Assembly (NCBI GenBank): GCA_049424145.1
Contig: JBMSSC010000013.1
Coordinates: 1-33,245, forward strand
DNA length: 33,245 bases
Reading direction: 5' to 3'
DNA from: Bdellovibrionia bacterium
GTDB lineage: Bacteria; Bdellovibrionota; UBA1018
In this document: in pieces, positions 29,688-33,245 of the stretch
Layout of the letters: the number at the start of each line of letters is the position of its first letter
How positions within the stretch are numbered: position 1 is the first letter of the stretch
Notes under the pieces: generated by a model
The model's database searches: none
The model's input: the letters and a program-made list of their open reading frames with translations, nothing else
Told to the model about the DNA's origin: nothing
Position numbers and translations under genes: made by a program

Positions 29688-30464
29688 TTAGATGTAAAAG
29701 TTCAAGCCAAACTCAACTAAAAACATCGTCCTAAAGGATTTCTCCTCATTCAATAGACTCTGGATCCAGGCATAATCGGCGCAAAACCGAAGTCCTGCAG
29801 ATTTTCCAAGAAAAAAAGTTTTTCCCAACCCCAATTTAAAACCCAAGCCTGTAAATAGATCGTATTTGATCTGTGAGGCTCCGAGTTTTAAGAACGTATC
29901 GCTTCGAATGATCTTTGAAATCCCAAAACTATCTTTTCCATAGAGAGGGGCCCAGAGAAGCTCAACTCCGTATTGAAACTGGGGATTTGCAGAAGTCACG
30001 CGTGCCACTTCTCCATTTTGTAGACGAAGCGAGCTGATTAAATTGACGATCCCACGCTGACTCACGAAATAGACCGGGGACACTTGTAGATAGATTTCAA
30101 AAAAATCCGAGATGGCATACCCCGGATTGAAGCTCAAAAAATAGTTCGTATAGGGTCCGTCTGAAAAATCGAGGCTCCCGTAGCTCGAAAATAAGAAGCG
30201 ATTCCGCTTGTTCATTGCTTTGCGTTGGACCACACCCATGTCACGAAAAATGGAGGCAGAAACCTCGTTATCCTCAGGCTTCAAAGTAAGATCCAGAGGT
30301 TCAGAGGAAGAAGGATCTCGGGCCAGTTTGGATGGGCGAGCCTTGGATTGAACACCAGAGACGCCCGCAAAACTCAGAGCTGAAGAAAAAAGAAGAAGAG
30401 AAATACACGCATGAACCAGTCGAATTCTCTTCGTTTTGCCTATTCTTCGAGAGGAGATCATCAT
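29688..30464 (-). CDS. Outer-membrane beta-barrel protein (GltA/B/H-like)
   Basis: Signal peptide; VVQRK; WAPLYGK.S; alternating beta strands; C-terminal FGLNFYI. Confidence 0.8.
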   Translation of the reverse strand: MMISSRRIGKTKRIRLVHACISLLLFSSALSFAGVSGVQSKARPSKLARDPSSSEPLDLTLKPEDNEVSASIFRDMGVVQRKAMNKRNRFLFSSYGSLDFSDGPYTNYFLSFNPGYAISDFFEIYLQVSPVYFVSQRGIVNLISSLRLQNGEVARVTSANPQFQYGVELLWAPLYGKDSFGISKIIRSDTFLKLGASQIKYDLFTGLGFKLGLGKTFFLGKSAGLRFCADYAWIQSLLNEEKSFRTMFLVEFGLNFYI

Positions 30465-31311
30465 TTAATCACTAAATTATAATAGTTTTCATGATTTTAG
30501 AAATTTAAAGTGAGGATAAAAACGATTCAAATCAATAGCTTTGAGTCAGCCCTCCCGATCGACCCCAAACACAAAAGACCAGGCGAAATCAAAACCCAGG
30601 CAAAAATCACTCTGTTCTCCCTGAGAAGCTCTCGATCTCTGATCGTAAAGACGAAGCCTTAAAATAGGGCACCCCTACTACACCTGAATTTTCTGAACAA
30701 ACCTTGTTACTCCAAACCGCCTCAGGGCTTTCTCCCATCCGGATCTAGCTTCGATCATGCGCCAGAAGTTTGACGATCTACCCCCATGTGAAGCACTCCT
30801 CGTCCCCATCCTCAGCTAGAGACCCACAAACCGACTCGACTTCACCCCGAGGACTTCCATCTCGCCTTCAAAAAAATCGCAAATTTTAAAGCCTCCGATT
30901 CACCGAACAAGAGGACTGTTTTTATCATTTGGGCGATTGCCAGATGTCCACGCATTCAAGCTCAGTCACCAGTGGTGATCAGCCTCTCCACCACGAGGAG
31001 TCACTCAGTTTCCACTGGCACACGCTAACTGATTAGCGGAGATCAGACATACTTCCCGATTGCCCGAGCAGAATTTCAATCATTCATGGGCGTCTAGTTT
31101 TATTAGTTTTATCGACCCTGTGAGATACGCCCTTTTCTTCTCAAAGCCACTGATGATGATTTCTTGGACCCACACAAACACAGAAACACAAAAAAAAGCG
31201 GGCCGGAAGGAGACTCTGAAACTCTCACGAGCCATAATCCACCTCCTTCCGACCCACTTTTCCTGACTAATCCACCCCAGGAACCGGGGGGCAATTTTAT
31301 CCGATCTGAAA

Positions 31312-32505
31312 TTAGTTCTTTGGCTCTGCAATACTCAGGTGAAACAGCCCATTGAGGTATGCCGCACGCTGAGCAAGACTCCCCCGCTTGGTGACCCGAT
31401 GAAGCTTTTGCGTCTTCACATCCTCAAACTCCTCACTGAGACGAGTGAGTGCCCGATTCATTCGATTATCTTCTCGTTGATACCGCTTCTCACAGGGAGA
31501 CGAGACGAGGTCATGAATTTGCTGTCGAGAGAGCTCACGAAATGGCTCGGCAACAAACACGAACTCAGCCACGGCTTGTTCTGCTCCCCCTACGCCATAG
31601 TAATGCGCATCAAAGAGCTGATAGACGGTAATCGCAGGTTTCCCAAATAACTCCTGGTTTTGGTCATTTCCCCGTTTCATGGAGTTTCTCAGAATCGGAA
31701 TCAACCGAGGGTACTTCTGCATTCCATAGATAAACTTTTCAGGAATCGTGTACATCAACCTCGCAGTAAACCTGCGATTCATCTCAAGCATCGAGACCCT
31801 AAAGTACTCCTTAAAATTAAATGAGTACCCCGAGATCAGACGATCCTTCTCTGCTTGGGTGAGATTGTCTCCGTTTTCAGCCTCAGAAAAATCCGGCAAA
31901 TGCGACTCAAAGACCTTGACGAAGGCATCCTGAGTCTCATCCAGCCCGTATCCATCCATGAGATCCGGCTCCTCGCCCTTCATCTCGGGGCTCAGCAAGA
32001 AGATCTCGAGCTTTCCAAATGGAGAGCCCACGCTGTGATCCGTTTGAAGAATCGAAAAGAGCTCATCTTCGTTGAGTTCATCTTGATTCGGCATGGCCTG
32101 AGGATTGACCTCCACACCCGCCTCTGCTTGGCGCCTCATATAAAGCTCGACATCTTCACCTGGAAGAACCTGGGACCATAGGGCTTTAAAATCAATTCGA
32201 TCCAGTGGATTTGAGCCTTGCTCAGTTGAATCAAAATCAGAGGATGGCCCAGAGCGAACCTGAGCATGAGCCTGAACTTCCCCCCTCAAACGCAGACTCG
32301 GAGAATGCGCCAATCGACCATTTGCTCCAGTGAATAATCGAGCCGTAGATCGAGCAAGACGAGCCTGATTTTTTAATTGCGCCTTGGAGTCCATCATGAC
32401 CTGCTGAGTCCAGCGTTGCCCCAAAACAACCGATTCAGAGAAGGCCTCTGGTAAAGCCCCAAAAAAAACACTCCCCATGAGCATTAAACTAATTTTTGCT
32501 TTCAT
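31312..32505 (-). CDS. Secreted hypothetical protein
   Basis: 397-codon ORF from MKAKISLMLMGSVFFGALPEAFS (signal peptide) with AGGGGAG RBS; no recognised domain. Confidence 0.75.
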   Translation of the reverse strand: MKAKISLMLMGSVFFGALPEAFSESVVLGQRWTQQVMMDSKAQLKNQARLARSTARLFTGANGRLAHSPSLRLRGEVQAHAQVRSGPSSDFDSTEQGSNPLDRIDFKALWSQVLPGEDVELYMRRQAEAGVEVNPQAMPNQDELNEDELFSILQTDHSVGSPFGKLEIFLLSPEMKGEEPDLMDGYGLDETQDAFVKVFESHLPDFSEAENGDNLTQAEKDRLISGYSFNFKEYFRVSMLEMNRRFTARLMYTIPEKFIYGMQKYPRLIPILRNSMKRGNDQNQELFGKPAITVYQLFDAHYYGVGGAEQAVAEFVFVAEPFRELSRQQIHDLVSSPCEKRYQREDNRMNRALTRLSEEFEDVKTQKLHRVTKRGSLAQRAAYLNGLFHLSIAEPKN

Positions 32506-32688
32506 TTTCTCCCCTTTTTCCACACTGATTGCAAAGACGTTTATTGCAAACTTCTTTTTACCAGAATTCTCTTCAAAAGAGACGTTAAATCGAAACCTGA
32601 TGCGAACAATTAATATAGTCAACGAAGAGGATCAAGACATTTTAATAACCCAGGAATGGGTGCATTACGAGTTTTCGCGTATGCGGCT

Positions 32689-33091
32689 GAGGATGTCCGC
32701 ATAATCGGTAGGATTTGAAGAAGGGCTCCAATTCCGGCATAGTGCCGGTGCTTAAACAAAAGGAGCCCCCGACATGAGTACAAGAGTTCGAAGTACGTAT
32801 CAACCCCGATTCTCTCAAATAATTGACCCCACGGATCAAATTCGAGATTTAATTCAAAGCCAAGTCCGAGGCACTGCACTCGCCTTAATACAGGGTCTAT
32901 TCATGGAAGAGGTTGAAACCTTATGCGGAAAGGTCTTCAGCCGGAAAGGCTCAGCTGGCTACCACCGTGGCGGTTCTGATCCCGGAAGTGTTTGTCTTCA
33001 GGGACGTCGAATCGCTGTGAAAAAGCATCGAGTTAAGAGTACATCATCACACCGCCCCACATTGACAGATCTCATCCGACCAAGTTTGTAA
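32689..33091 (+). mobile_element. IS256-family left end and truncated transposase (ORF 32774..33091, homology lost after about 33038)
   Basis: Left IR 32689-32726; AAGGAG RBS; MEEVETLCG...R....R.G...GSV.LQGRRIAV...RV matches IS256 N-termini. Confidence 0.78.
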
Positions 33092-33245
33092 ATTGTTGAT
33101 CTAACGGAGATCGGAAAAAAGAAAAAAATACTCCGCTAGGACGGCATTATATCGCGAGTATGCAGTTGACTGATTTACTGGGCTTGAACGGCCCTTTGTG
33201 CCAATAATCCGTGAGACAGCCCGAGTGGAGAAATTAGTGTACATT

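Noticed and set aside
17182..32181. Many short antisense or alternate-frame ORFs in the track
   Set aside because: They lie within well-supported genes and have no motifs; treated as shadow ORFs
33039..33245. Possible additional IS ends after the IS256 truncation
   Set aside because: No matching repeat or coding evidence within the window

Overview
Bacterial DNA, most likely from a Bdellovibrionota/Oligoflexia-like organism (inferred from the Agl-Glt gliding-type operon, vWA lipoprotein and PilZ gene). About 1-6.2 kb is an IS graveyard/accessory island: IS256 right end inserted into an IS5 fragment, an intact mobile mystery protein A/B (HTH + Fic) pair behind a striking triple-palindrome operator, an IS66 shell containing a decayed IS903-like element, a stop-interrupted hypothetical gene coupled to a SWIM zinc-finger gene, and a tnpB/IS605 right-end remnant. 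Then come an HD phosphohydrolase with a decayed inverted paralog, an ABC-F gene broken in its second Walker A motif, a redox cluster (glutathione peroxidase, DUF393, hypothetical, SOUL), an SDR plus atypical P450 operon, an exported membrane-anchored methyltransferase-like protein, a P2A ATPase, a vWA lipoprotein, a 9-gene OMP-aglRQS-gltCDFG-like-PilZ operon, a secreted hypothetical protein and a truncated IS256 left end. No rRNA, tRNA or CRISPR array seen. All family calls are from motif recognition, not database searches.
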